64,000 nucleotides of DNA from Octopus sinensis (taxonomy: Eukaryota): positions 42,160,001 through 42,224,000 of the forward strand of contig NC_043009.1 in assembly GCF_006345805.1 (NCBI RefSeq), written 5' to 3'. Numbering within the stretch: the stretch's first letter is position 1; every line of letters starts with the position of its first letter. The notes under the pieces were generated by a model. That model was not told the DNA's origin. It did no database searches and saw only the letters and a list, made by a program, of their open reading frames with translations. The translations under genes were made by a program, and so were the position numbers. Below, one piece after another: positions 12,551 through 26,942 of the stretch.

Positions 12551-13683
12551 TCTTTTCCTCGCCCTTGTTTCTTTACCTCCCTCCCAAACCCTCAGTAGAT
12601 TCACTGCTGTACTTAGAATATGCAGCCCGTCTTTTGTAATCACAGAAATCGTGGCCTTATCAGAAGAACCAGATTATAATGATTTTTTTATGTAATTTGG
12701 TCCAAATTTAAATGTTAATTATCTCGGAGACTTTCATCCATTAGTTTACTCAAATGTCTCAGAAAGAATATTTTCTTATCGAATACTCATATTTAACATT
12801 TCTTAGCAAGTGCTTGCAAATTTTAGTTTCATAATATTAGTAAGCCGAAAATTGGGTTTTCGAATACGTTCCTTGTAAAGTCTAATTGATAGTGTCTGTT
12901 ATTTTAATTTCAGGTGCAGTTGTAGCTGTGTAAATAAGAAGGCTGACTCGCCTCCAGGTGGACCTGATTGCGGACTAACTTCAAGGTGCAATGAATAATA
13001 CGTTATTGTCTACTATAGGCTAAGATTGGTGATCAGTAGTATACCGGCGGATTTGATCGAAAAAATGTAAAATCGAAAACAAACGTACCATTCAAGGGTG
13101 ATGAATTGGTGAAACTATAAGAATGTCGGATCAGACGATTTGCGATATTTGTTCCGGCTCTCTGCGTTCTGAGTTCAAATTCCGTCATAGCCTACTTAAG
13201 TGGTAGAGTAGATTTAAACCGTTATCCAGTTTAACTGGTACTTTGAGTGCTTCAGAAATATCAAACTAAATCCGGTCTCTGGTTTGAGGTTTCTGTCATT
13301 CCACTCATCCAAAAGACCCATAGGCCTTACGAAGGATCATGGCCACTGTCTCTCTTTCCTGATTAAAAGGATTTACCGAGAGCAATGACCCAGTACTTGA
13401 GTCTACTTTATCAATCCCGGAAGTGACTTTAGCAATATATGTATTCAGAATTCAAAGATATATGTATTCAGAATTCAAGAGCAGAAACAGATTCTGCAAG
13501 GCTGTTGATATAATGAATTTTCAGGTAGTAAAATAGTCAAATACATGATTTCCAGTAGTTACTCAGTTCTTTATTTTATCGAAACCGAAAGATTGAAAGG
13601 TAAGGTGTGAAACTACACTTTCTGCGATAATAATAAGGATAATATTATCTTAGTTACTTACCACAAAACTCCATTCCTTTATA

Positions 13684-13776
13684 CAGTGTGTCACAAAAGA
13701 GGGTGACAAAAAGTTTTGGAATGTATATAGATTGTTATACATACATACAAACATACATACATACATACATACATAC

Positions 13777-13808
<32 letters not shown>

Positions 13809-13925
13809 CATACATACATTTCTTTGTGAGCTTAATGAAGTGTTCTCCACCTTTGAAAAAAAGAAAAATGTCACTTTGCCACTTTTCCTTTACGAGCAAG
13901 GATGCACAACCTTTTGTAACATAAT
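13684..13925. mobile_element. Possible degenerate Tc1-type MITE
   Basis: TA-CAGTGTGTCACAAAAGAGGGTG start with an imperfect inverted CACAACCTTTTGTAACATA near 13905-13923. Confidence 0.3.
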
Positions 13926-14174
13926 TTATCTATGTCATTTTTCCTCCGAAAGCTAAACTATACCCAACATTTTCCTCTGGCTTGTAATGATAACATGTCC
14001 TTTCTTTTTGTTTATTTTTTCTTTTTGTTTTGTTCCCCATGTTTACGGTGTCACGAAGTGTGCGTTAAAATTCCAGTGCCTGTGTTATCAAATCTACAGT
14101 TTGAGGAATTCATGTTTTCAGTGGTACTCCATTCCATGCTGGAAAATCGTTCCGATGATCACGTAGCCTCCAGA

Positions 14175-14540
14175 TAAGGGAGAAGGAGGTGGGATTTTCC
14201 TTATCCCTACACCTAAAGGAGCGCATTTGCTGTATAAACTTTCCGTTGGAGCTACTGGCAATCATGCCCGTGTAGTATTTTGTAATACCATCGGATGATA
14301 GGAGGGTGGCCCTGTAGACCAAGACCCAGTCATGGAGGATCATTCCAGTCAGCTGTTGGTAGGATTTCAGCATTTACCGTTTGGATGTTGAATGAATGCT
14401 ATCTGAATACTACGGATTGCAATGTATCCATCCCAGGAATGCGGATGTTGATCTTTAGAGACACGTAATTTGTGGAAACGCGCGTAGCGATGCATCAAAT
14501 ATTTTTTAATTCCGTCCAAGTATTATTGTTATTACCATTA
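14175..14540. repeat. Unclassified interspersed repeat; second copy at 63782-63975
   Basis: Shared blocks ATACTACGGATT, GGAATGCGGA, ATTTGTGGAAACG, TAGCGATGCAT and TCCAAG-N-ATTATTGTTATTA in the same order. Confidence 0.65.
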
Positions 14541-14727
14541 TATTTATACTACATTATATAGGTACAACTCGACGCAACCCCGAAAAACTAGTTCAGCAGT
14601 CAACATCATAGACTATGGGCAGCATGTTAGAATAGGAGTTTTATTTGCATATTCAACATATTCAAAATGTTTCCCATAAACAAATTTAAAACATATATAT
14701 ATATATGAATATATATATATATATATA

Positions 14728-14812
<85 letters not shown>

Positions 14813-16053
14813 AGAGATTATACTGTTGAATGCATCCTTGCCTTTATTTTTTTACTTAAGAGAGCATGGTGCTATTTTAAGAACGTCTGGAAGCTGGATA
14901 TGTTCAGTCGCGGGGAAATAACAAAAGCTTAAGGTTGCCGTATTGAAATTAGATATTTGAATGCTGCTTTTTTTTTATATTATTTTTGTTTTCTTTTTTT
15001 CGTCGTTCAGTACTTTGAGTTCAAATCTTGACTGAGGTCAAGTTTGTTTTCCATCCTTTCTGGATCAATAAAATGAAACAACGAAACATGTAATAGTATA
15101 AATCCAATAGACTGTACAATATCCAACATACAAATACAACGACTTTGTACTGATGGGAGAAATTGCTGTTGTTAATGTAGTTGTCGTTGTTGTTGTAGTT
15201 GTTATTGTTGTTGTAATGAGATGGCTGACATCAAAACACTAAATAAACAAACTAATTAAAAACCTGAATAGCTTACAGCCTGGCTTTTGACAAATGTTGA
15301 CCTCGTTTTTGTTAGGATTGCTTTCTGTTGTGTAGAATCCTTTGTTCGATCGGGAGGTTACGGGTGGAGCAGGAGACAGTGGGAGCGAAAATGAAACAGA
15401 GATAGATTGGGAATGAGAAAGGGAGAAGGAACAGAAATCGAGATTTCGAGAGAGGGCAATGGTGAGCAGTGAAGGGGTGAAATTAGGGAGAGACAGAAAA
15501 AGAGTGGGAGAGAGTGAGAGGGATAGAGGGAGAGATAGTATGTGTATATATGTGTGTAATCATGTTCATATGTATATGAATGTTCGTAAGTATTTAAATA
15601 AGTATTTCTGCTTGTGTGTGAGCATATGTATTTGTGTGAATCTGTGTGTGTGTGCGTGCGTGTGTGTGTGTGAATATGCTTGTGTGCGAATACATGTATG
15701 TATGTATTATGTGTGTACGTATATATGTATGTGTGCGAATGATCAATGATAAGTAAGCGAGTGTGCTTGTCAGCGTGAGCACATATATGTGATGTAGCAA
15801 AGGCATAGAAGAATACAGAGCCATCTACGATAAAAAAAAAAGCGGAATCGTAGATCAAGATAAGAGAAATTGGCGGAAAGGAAAAGAGGGGGAAGGGAAC
15901 AAAATAAAAGGGGAAGGAGAGTGGAAGAGAGAGAGATGGAAATATTGATTGAGAGGGAAACAACAGCAAAAACAGAGGTAGACTGTGGTATAATGATGTA
16001 CTGGGGACGCAAAAAGACGGTATCAGAGTTAATTGAGTTGAAAGGGAAAGTTG

Positions 16054-16149
<96 letters not shown>

Positions 16150-16820
16150 AAATTTACAAAGAAAAAAACAAAAGACAAAGATGGGTGTGTAAACAACAAA
16201 CATGTTCTAGTTCAACGCTCGAGAAGTGAGAAAGTCTTTTACGTTTCGAGCCTATGCTCTTCGACAGAAAGGAACACAAAAATAAACAGGGAGAGAAAAT
16301 AGAAAAGAGGTATGGTAGCTAGCGATCTATCATGGCGAATGCCGGACAGAGGGGTCACACATGAGAACTAGGAAGAAGGGGAGTTAATAAAGTAGTGGCG
16401 ATCCCAAAACGAAGGCGTGCGTGCGTGTGGAAGGGGCCTGGTCACATTGACGTGTGCGTGTGTACATGTGTAGGTTTGTGGATGATGGTGTAGGTGCTGG
16501 GAAGTGGTCAGTGCTAGTGTGTGCAGGGTGGGGAGACGTGAAGGGGTGTGGTATGGGGGTGGGGGGGTGGGGGGTTTGTGGTTTGGTGGTTTGTGGTGTG
16601 GTGGTTTGTGGTGTGGTGGTGTGTGGTGAAGTGCGGTGGTGTTGGGGTGTGGGGAGGTGAGAGTGGGGGAAAGTAAGGGTGGGGGTGTGATGGAATGTAT
16701 AGGGGTGGTTATACACACATACACACACATATATATATATACATATATATAATATATAGTTGAAGTTTACAGAAAAGTAAAAGACGAAGACAAGTGTATA
16801 AACAACAAGCAGGTGTATTA
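16150..16820 (-). mobile_element. Non-autonomous PLE-like element with a hammerhead-like motif and a partial direct repeat
   Basis: Hammerhead-like motif at 16236-16271; 16153-16205 recurs in diverged form at about 16766-16820; G-rich low-complexity interior. Confidence 0.55.
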
Positions 16821-18580
16821 TTCCGCTGAGGTCGACTTCGTTTTTCATCCTTTCAGGTTCGATGAATTAAGTACCAGTTACGTACTCGGGTCGGTCTAAT
16901 AGACTGCTCTCCTCCCCCAAAATTTCGGGCTTTGTGCTTAGGGTAGAAAAGAATGTGGAACCATCATTAATATTTGAACTACGATAATAGCCTATTATAG
17001 AGTGCGTTATATAACAGCTGAATATTCTGTATTAGTATAGTCTATACTAAGGATTTGAGAAGGAAACTGGGCATATATTTCTGAGGAATGGTTAACAGGC
17101 ATTGAAACGGGCTATCAGGAGATTCCTCTTATTTTTCTGTGTATCAAAAGCAGAGGATGAATATTTTTAAAAAACTAGACTTTCTAATCAAATTTATCTC
17201 GCTCCTTTTGATTCAAGATGTACAGAATATAATACATATACTAGTCAGGAAAATACGGGTATGTGGGTTTTAATATTCTTAATTAAGTGAAATGGAATTA
17301 TTAAATAATAAATAATTTGGGTCGATTTCGGATAGAAAAGTAGGGCAAAAAAATGAAAGAGAAACCAGCATGCACTTAAGCAGAATGTCTAATTGAGATC
17401 ATATCTAATGGTTAATACAATGTCTGAGGACGATAAATAAAATTTTGTATACTAAGGGGAAGGAGTTTCTCTTTTCTTTTCTTTTTTTTTTTTCTTTTTT
17501 TTTGTTTTGACATAAATGCCGGGTTGGGAGTTTCTCAGTTTCAAAAGCGCAAGAGTTTCGAATTTTCAGACTTCAGTAATCTGAAAGCAATACAACAAAT
17601 ATGAGTTGACCAGTTTGATGGAAAACTATCTGATCATTTTCACATTCTCCAGAAACACTTTGAACACACAACACGTGTTTCCTTGTCGCCATAATAAGTT
17701 TTAAATGTTTAAAATGGCCTGAATGTTTCCCTGAGTAGGTGATTTGTCCCCACAAAATGTCGGGGCTCTTTTTCAGTCCCCACAAAATTATGGAGCCCTT
17801 TTTCAACCTTTATGAAAAATTCTATCATAATGAATGTATCCTGAATGTGCATTGAATTGTAACTGAAGACTAAGAGTCTAGCGAAATTGTAGGAAAACTT
17901 TAGGAGCAGAAACATCTTGCAAGTTTATGAGACTCATTAAAGAAGCATCCATTAAGAAAAGCAAAATGAATTTCAAATTTTACAAATTTACGTTAAATAA
18001 TTTTTTCGGTTCGAAGGATTTAAACAGTGTTTTATGTTGCTTCTTAACGAACTATTTGAAATATTTAAGACTTGTCCAACACAATGACTAAGAAGGTTAT
18101 CAAACAGATGCAAACTCTGTTTCGTCTTTTCATTAATAAAGCATAGAGTGCAAAAAATTTCCGTTGGTTGGGGAGCGCGAGAACGACAATGCTGATGCAT
18201 TCTTTATTTCTTGGGATTGGTGACGTTTTTCCGAAAGCTAGAAAGCTGGGGACCGAAGTAGGTTTGTTTACATTTCAGTGACAGCGCAAAAGAGAAACCG
18301 GTAGATGGACAAGAATGGGATCAATTTTATCAACTAAAAACACATCTAAGCAGTGGTCCTGCATGGCCACGGTCCAATAATGAGTGGTAAAAGTACAAAT
18401 GTAAAAGAACAAAAAATAACACATATGCATGCATTATATATATTTGTGTATACGTATATGTGTCTATATGTATAGACGTATCTGTATATCTATAGACGTA
18501 TGCACAACAAATATATATACATATATATATATGTATACACACACACACATATATATATATAGATAGATAGATAGATAGAT

Positions 18581-18611
<31 letters not shown>

Positions 18612-18617
18612 GATAGA

Positions 18618-18649
<32 letters not shown>

Positions 18650-18680
18650 TACGTATCTGTATACGTATACACGTATGCAT

Positions 18681-18755
<75 letters not shown>

Positions 18756-19738
18756 CGTCAGCGCATTTACATATACACATAGCTTGGTAAAGAAGAGTGG
18801 ATAAATCTTTTGAAAGTTTATGTTTTGCGAAAGAAAGACCAAATACAAAAGAATATCAAATACAAAGCAAAAATAGAAATGAGTTTTTCTGTTGGTAAAT
18901 AGTTTTTCATCAATACACGAAGAAAATCAGTTGATTTCTTCGTTGAACTATTGTTTCTTGACACAACTAATAATGTTGGCTGGTGGGATGAAAGTGGTAT
19001 GCTGGTCTGGTCGATATTATTGTTATTTAGCCCCAGATTATCTTTGATTGAACTGGCCTACGATCAAAAGAATTCCAGCCGTTGCTATAACGTCTATATT
19101 TCTTGCATTGTATTTAGGAATAGATTATCAAATATGTCCTTCTATTTTAAAGACACTGCAGTGTGATTTGAGAGAGACGGGGCTATTATTTCTTGAAGAT
19201 TCAGCAACCATGTAGAAGCTTGTTTGTTGGCCCAAGTTTGAATGGCTGAGAATATGTATCGTATAATGGTGTGATGAAGCTGTGAAGTGATAATTTAGCA
19301 ATACCGTAGTGACGCTGGCATGGCCTAGTGGTTAAGAAGTTCCTGCCCGATCATGGCGTCCAGAGTTCGATTTCCTTGAGCAGCTACTTGGGTTCTTCAT
19401 TACTTTTTACCTTAATCTTTTCTCCTATCACAAGAAGGCTACGCATCAATATAGATAGTCTATAGGCAATTGGGTTGATACTATTATATATTGTAGGACT
19501 ACAGTGTCCATTCCACACCATGGTATGGACACTGTATGTGGTGTGGTGTGGTATGGATGTTTTGATAGAATGGTAATTCATAGCTATGAGGGTGTGATGA
19601 TATTGTATGGCATAGATATGATGGTGTTGAGGCGGTGTAATTCGTGTGGTTGTAGACAGAGGCTCCTATTAATATAACAAAACCAATAAGGAAGCTAAAA
19701 AAGGATCCACTCAAACTAACCAAGTAGAGATGCCAATT

Positions 19739-19788
19739 ACTGAGAGATCTTCTCGAAGTATAGTAGTTATACTAACTCATCAGTCAGT
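19739..19788 (-). ncRNA. Degenerate type I hammerhead motif
   Basis: ACTGA-CTGATGA-GTTAGTATA-ACTAC-TATACTTC-GAGAAGATCTC-TCAGT: 5-bp stem I, intact CTGATGA, stem II AGTATA/TATACT; GAAA interrupted by one G. Confidence 0.55.
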
Positions 19789-20814
19789 TTCTTAAATAAG
19801 CGTAGCGCACATATTGGCCAATGAGTGAGCATCTCCGTGGTTATAAAAGTTATGTGTCCAGTTCCTCCTCCATAGGAACAAATGCGTACAATTATAGTTT
19901 AGTGGAAAAATACCATATATGAACATAGTCAAAAGAGGACAACCCTCAAAAAGATAGGTATGGTCAGAATGTATATTTATGGTGAATGAGTATCATCTAA
20001 TAATTACACTCCTTACTCAGAATAACAAATATCCCCAAACAACATAGAAACTTGCCGAGCAGTAGAATCCCTTGTGCCTAAGATACCCAGTCGACGATAT
20101 GTACCTAGGCTGAACAATATCTAACAGAGAACATTGCTTTTTCAGGCAAATAGAATCATCATCTCGTAAAGAAAAAGTAGTTGAAGTTGGTGACAAACAT
20201 TTCACCTCCTTGCTTATGAATTTTGAGTATGGAAGACGTGGAGTATTGAATTTGAGCATACGGATTTCTAACTTGCATACAGTACAACAAATTTGAGGGT
20301 AGGTATAGTCGACCATATCAACATCAGTATTTCACTAGCATTTAGTTAACATTACACAGAAGTATAAAAGGATGTAAAGAAGACCTAGATTGGAGCTGAA
20401 ATGCATATATTCGAATGTTAGTAAATGTCATACGTGCATGTATATACATACATGCATACACACATACATTCATAATACATATAATGCATATATATATATA
20501 TATATTCATACACGTACAAACATATATAGATATATATACATATTAGTAATTATGTATGTGTGTGTGTGGTGTACTGTTCGCATGTTGATTGGTTAACCAA
20601 ATTATATTTAATAAAGCGAGAGTGAACCGTTATTTAATAAAAACAGTGACTTTATGTGAGGTACTTTAAGTTTCATGCCAGAACGTGCAATATTCAGCTA
20701 CGCATATATAAAGCGCAACGTGTGCAATCCAGCAATCGTTCAGGAACCTATTACACGACAATGTTATAACAAAATGAAACTTGAAGTAACCCAATTATAA
20801 CTCCTATACTTATT

Positions 20815-20974
20815 AGGCGTGGCTGTGTAGTAAGAAGCTTGCTTGCTAACCATATGATTCCAGGTTCAGTCCCACTGTGTGGCACCTTGGGCAAGTGTCT
20901 TCTACTATAGCCTCGGGTCGACAAAAGCCTTGTGAGTGGATTTGGTAGACGTAAACTAAAAGTAGCCCGTCGTA

Positions 20975-21015
<41 letters not shown>

Positions 21016-21207
21016 TTTGTGTTTGTGTTTGACCCCCACCATCGTTGGTATTTTTACGACCCTGTAACCTAGCGGTTCGGCAAAATAATCCGATACAATA
21101 AGTACTAGGCTTACAAAGAATAAGTCCTGGGATCGACTTGTTCGACTAAAGGCCGTACTCCGGCATGGTCCCTGTGACTGAAGCAAGTAAAAGAATAAAA
21201 GGAGTAT
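20815..21207 (+). mobile_element. SINE family B
   Basis: Colinear with 3607-3999. Confidence 0.88.
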
Positions 21208-21667
21208 ATATTGTCGTGCTCCGAGTTAGGGATGCTTTATATTACGAGGCCAAAGATTTCAAACTTTGATACCCTTCTTAATTCTAACTCGATTACGATT
21301 AGTCTTAATGCTAATACATTGCATTGATCATCTCTCTTTCTCTTCCTCTCTCTTACTCTTTCACTCATTCTCTTCCTCTTTCTCCTTCTCTCTCTCTCAC
21401 TCACATACACACGCACATATGTGTGTGTGTGTATGTCTGTGTCTGTATGTCTGTCAGTGTGTGGTTATATTTATTCTTGTGCAAATATGCTTTCATTAAA
21501 TATACAGTTAATAAACATTAGGCTGTTCAGTCTCCAGCTAACACCCAGTTTTGCGTCCATGAGCATATGTTAGTTCGGGCTAGACATGTACTCCCATATT
21601 GATATGAATGCGTATGTTTGTGTATGTGTGTATATAAATATATATATATATGTATATGTGTATATAA

Positions 21668-21707
<40 letters not shown>

Positions 21708-21708
21708 T

Positions 21709-21754
<46 letters not shown>

Positions 21755-21902
21755 TAGATAGATAGATACACACAAATATATATCTATATATACATACACA
21801 TATATATATACATATATATATATACATACATTACATACATATATACATACATTACAAACATACATACATACATACACACACACATATATATATATATATT
21901 TA

Positions 21903-21937
<35 letters not shown>

Positions 21938-22418
21938 TACGTATATATATATCCTATATATAATAGGTGGCTACAGAGAAATGAGAAAGAAAGAGAATAT
22001 GGGATGATTTTGCTGTGTATTATCGCAACAATATGATAAAATCTGAATTTCGCTGCATTTGTTGGTAAATTTCAAGTTTTCCTTTGATATTTTCTGATAT
22101 GAAATGTTTTCTACTTTTCGCAACTATTTATTCCCACCTTCATTGTACACAATCACCCCTTCCTCGACCCAACGAACACACACACACACACACACAAACA
22201 TGTATATGCATATATATGAGTGTGTATGCGTATGAATATATTATATATATATTATATATATATATATATATATAAGTATATAATATATATATATATATAT
22301 ATATGTATAAGTATATAATATAATATATATATATATATGTATAAGTATATAATATATATATATATATATATATGTATAAGTATATAATATATATATATAT
22401 TATATATATATATATAAG

Positions 22419-22450
<32 letters not shown>

Positions 22451-22463
22451 GTATAAGTATATA

Positions 22464-22509
<46 letters not shown>

Positions 22510-22836
22510 ATGTATGCATGTATGTACATATAAGACTTTCAAATATCAACGCCGCTTATTTCGTCCTATCTTTTTGATGGTTTATCTAATTATGAAACTC
22601 CGTCATAAAATACTTTTTCCTTTCACAGCTTTTCATTAAGACATTTATTGTTGTTGTAGTTGTAGTTGTTGTTGTTGTTGTTATTGTGTTTTCTTTCATT
22701 CATTTTCCTTTATCTTCTTTACTTCCTTTCTTCTTTCATCATATTTTTCGTTGTATTTTTTTATATTATATTATATTTTATTATTACACCGTCGTAAAAT
22801 ATTTTTGTTTTGTTTCTCTCTCTCTCTCTCTCTCAT

Positions 22837-22878
<42 letters not shown>

Positions 22879-23492
22879 CTGTTTATCTTCCTAGTTAAAA
22901 GCGAAACCTCTTTCAGCAATGAGAAATTACAGCAAATTAACTTGTAGTTGGTTCTCTGCACCAAGAAATTCTTCCACAAAACCTAATCTCTTTTAAGTTC
23001 TTGAATTATGACAGCAGCAGGCGTCTTTTTTCTTGTTACCATTTTACCTCCTAATCATTTATCTTCAGATGCAAATAGTCGTCTTATCTCTGCAGGTTAG
23101 CGAGATAAATAAATAGAATAAAACGTAGGATAAAACAAATGAATTACATAGCCAGAATATAAAATATTCTAAAATAGAAGCTGCTTATGAATTACTTTTG
23201 ATAAAAATATAAATATAATTTTGAAAAAAAATCTATTACAATAACAAACAAACAGAACCAATATTAAGCATTTTCTCCGATAAAATATATAATTAAATAA
23301 GTAAATAAATTCAATTTTTTTTTAATTAATTTATTAAAGCTAAGATTGTTCAAAGAATGAATTTCTATTATATATTGAATGTAAACACGGTTATTGCTTT
23401 AATAGGATACAGGCAGAATGAGAATAAAAATGAGAGACAGGTGAACTTCATTTATTCAATATCTATATTTGCATTCAATAAATTTAAATGTA

Positions 23493-23560
<68 letters not shown>

Positions 23561-24075
23561 TATATATATAATATATATATATATACGTGTGTATGTTTGT
23601 ATAACCAGAACTCTCACCATTCTTCTATATGTTAAACAAAATCAAAGTGTGCGCTGAATATTCAACTTTGTTAATTTCTCCATAACAAATATTTCTTATT
23701 GTGCAATATATTCTAATGTTTGTTTTGCGATATGTTGTTTCGCCATCTTGTTTTCCCGTAGCTATGAGGATGGTGTTGTAAGATCTAGGGCAAGTGACTT
23801 CTGTCCTAACCAATGGCGTGGCACTAGAGTCTGGGAAACGGAAAACTGTAAAGAAGCCCGTTTCATATGAATGTAAGTTCATGCACTCACATACTACATA
23901 CACACACGCAGACACACTCACAGATACACACACATATAAGCATACACACACATATAAGCATACACATGTATATATACATATTTACATACATATATACATA
24001 TATACATATGTATATATGTATGTATGCATAGCCAGAGACTATATACACACGCGTATATATATTCTTATATTTATG

Positions 24076-24109
<34 letters not shown>

Positions 24110-25574
24110 ATACGTAAGCAGACATGTGTGTGTCTATATGTGTGTATGTTTCACTGATTTACGTTGGCAGTAGATATAAACATCAGCTTGTTAACAGGCA
24201 AATGGACTGTCTCGAACGGTGTTCCTTTTGATATTTGTTCTGCGCTTGTTGCTCAGGCTCTCCATAGTCATTTTCACCATAGTAACTACTAAAAGTCTGT
24301 TGTAGAAACGTTAGAAATCAGTTACTAACGACGCCTATAGTTTACGACTACCGTTTAAAACGAAATAAAGCTATTATTTAAGATTGCATTTCTTTAAAAA
24401 AAAAATAGCGTCAAATTTATCATTTTAATAATTAATTGCTCTTCAGTTACTCTCCACTCAACTATAATTTAATAATTGTTATCGGCTTTTTTCTCGCAGT
24501 TCACCTGTACAGGACAGACCAATGATGAAATGCGTTTCATTTATGACTCCCTCTTGTTACCACAAAACACAGAAAGAAGGAACAGTGCAAATGTAAACTA
24601 ATTCTTGAAACGTATTAGTCTCTCCCTCTTTGCTTATCATCCAGATGTCTTTCGTTTCGCTTTGGTATTTCGGGGAGTTTATTGTCTTCGTTGCTTGCTG
24701 TCTTTGTTGCATTTGTTGTGGCAGTAGCTCTGTCTAATGTGACGATACACTTGTCAAGAAGACATTGATAAATTGCAGGTTGGTATATTTATGACACATT
24801 ATCTAATTAAATTATCATTGCAGAGTTTATCTTTCCATCTTCAATGGTAATTTCTTAATGTAAATAAATTTCAATTAATACAATTATTTCTTCAATACGG
24901 CTTGTTAAAACACTCCGATATTTTTCCCTTGACAAATATTCTCTCACCTTTTATATTCTGTCTTCATATACGCACACTTTCATATCCTCTCTTCATATTA
25001 TGTCTTCATATTCTTCTACCTCACTATACAGTCGTTATATTCTACATTCTGTCATTTTGTATCTTCGTATACCGTCCTATTTTCTACTCATCACAATCAT
25101 TTTTTTTTATTATATTCGGTCAACTATATACTGTCCATTCTTTATAAGACAAAGTAATACTAATAATATAAATTATAATAACAATGCAGTACCAGACAGT
25201 GGTTCTCATGGCTTCTGATTTTAACTGAGTGATCGGTCTTACTGTGTGCTATGTGTCTTTTATTGTACATATTAGCCGTCCAATGCCTTGTAAATAAATT
25301 TAGTAGACAGAAACTGTTTTGGAGCTCTTCGTATGTACGTGTATATGTGCATATATGTGCGATAAAATATATACTAGTAATATACGCCGTTATATTCAAT
25401 AGTCTACACTGCGTCCGTTTATTATCACGCCGGTGATATTTTGTTGCAAGTCCATTATATTGATATAAAATCATTCAGAATAAGCTTGAAACAAAATATC
25501 ATACCTCAATTCATCGTCGTCGTCATCATCATCATCATCATCATTACTATTATTATTTACTTATTTATTTAAGT

Positions 25575-26320
25575 AATTGATTTTTTTTCTTGGGGATCTC
25601 TGACAACTATATCCGGCCTATTAGCATTAATTTATCTATCTGTGTGTGTTTTGGCATATACCATAGTATGGTTGCCTTCTCATTTTCTGTGACCTTTTCT
25701 GTCATGTGCCTATACCATCTTTTTCTGTTGTTATTCCATAGTGTTGGCATAGCTTCCAGTGTATATAGGTCCCAACCCAGTCGTGTCTATAAATATATTC
25801 CTTCTTAGTCAGGATTGGGCAGCCAGAAACAATATTGTTTATTGCTTCTTGTCCATCTCCACATTTTCTGCAGTTATTTGTTGTATTTCTTTTCATTATA
25901 TATTTTTGGTAATTTCTGGTGGAGAGGCTTTGGTTTTGTGCTGCAATTAAAATTCCTTCAGTTTTTGCTTTGAGTCCTGAGCTTCTCGGCCATCGTTGGG
26001 ATTTTGCTTTGTCTATTTCTTTTGCGTTTAGTTTAACCCAGTATTTGCTATGAAGAGGCTTTTCTTGCCATCGTTTTATCACGATCCGTTGCTGTTCCAG
26101 TTTTAGTTTGGATTTCAGTTGTTTTAAAGCTTTTGTTCTTTTTTCTTCTTCTTCTTATTTGTTAGGTAGTATGACTTCTTGTTTGTATTTGTCAGCTTCC
26201 TTAAAAACTGGAAAGTTTTTTGTTTTGTTCGTATTTTGTGACTATTTGTATTACTTTTCCTTGCTTCTGAAGTAGGTATTTTTGTAGTCCTATGGTGGTT
26301 ATTTTGTAATAGTTTTCTAG
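25575..26320 (-). pseudogene. R4/Dong-type non-LTR retrotransposon remnant (zinc knuckle plus start of the restriction-like endonuclease)
   Basis: TEGILIAAQNQSL...CRKCGDGQEAINNIVSGCPIL...YIYRHDWV, followed in a shifted frame by INANRPDIVVRD (PD motif). Confidence 0.85.
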
Positions 26321-26834
26321 CCATCAAAGTGACACTGGGGTACAAATATACCCATCATGACTATTCGTCTGATAAGGGTACACCAGGCAAATGCATCACA
26401 ACCTTATGTGTGCGACATGGTGATCTTACATCAAGATAAACTACGTATGATCTTGCTGGTGGGGCCCAGTTAAAATTTTCTTCAGGTTGAGTAGCCCTTC
26501 CTGCTCAAAAGGTCCCTGAATGATGTTAGCTTAAGGATGATGAACCCATTTTTCCAGAGGTGAATTATTCAAACCCCAAAGAATTCCTCTTAACACATGG
26601 CTATGGTGCTCCCCAACTACATTTGCCCATGATCAGAGATGCACATATCGTCAGCTATTAAGGGAATGCTCAACTGGTTATGGTTAAGCAACTGACAAGC
26701 AAATCTCTAGTATTGAACAGAATATTTGCTGTAACCCATCTTTTATACCATGACAAAACAATGTACATGATAACACTTCCAATCAGTTAAGATCAAAAGC
26801 CATGGAACCACTGCCTGTTATTGCAACAGGGCAG
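26321..26834 (-). mobile_element. About 500-bp non-coding module adjoining (AAC/AAT)n; second copy at 63163-63672
   Basis: Reverse complement is colinear with 63163-63655 (AACTGATTGGAAGTGTTATCATGTACATTG ... CCCAGTGTCACTTTGATGGC). Confidence 0.8.
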
Positions 26835-26890
26835 TTGTTGTTGTTGTTGTTGTTATTGTTGTTGTAATTGTTGTTTTTGTTGTTGTTGTT

Positions 26891-26942
<52 letters not shown>

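Noticed and set aside
11413-12643. Poly-Thr/Ser/Pro/Val/Asp ORFs
   Set aside because: Translations of trinucleotide microsatellites open in many frames on both strands, with no domain or splice support.
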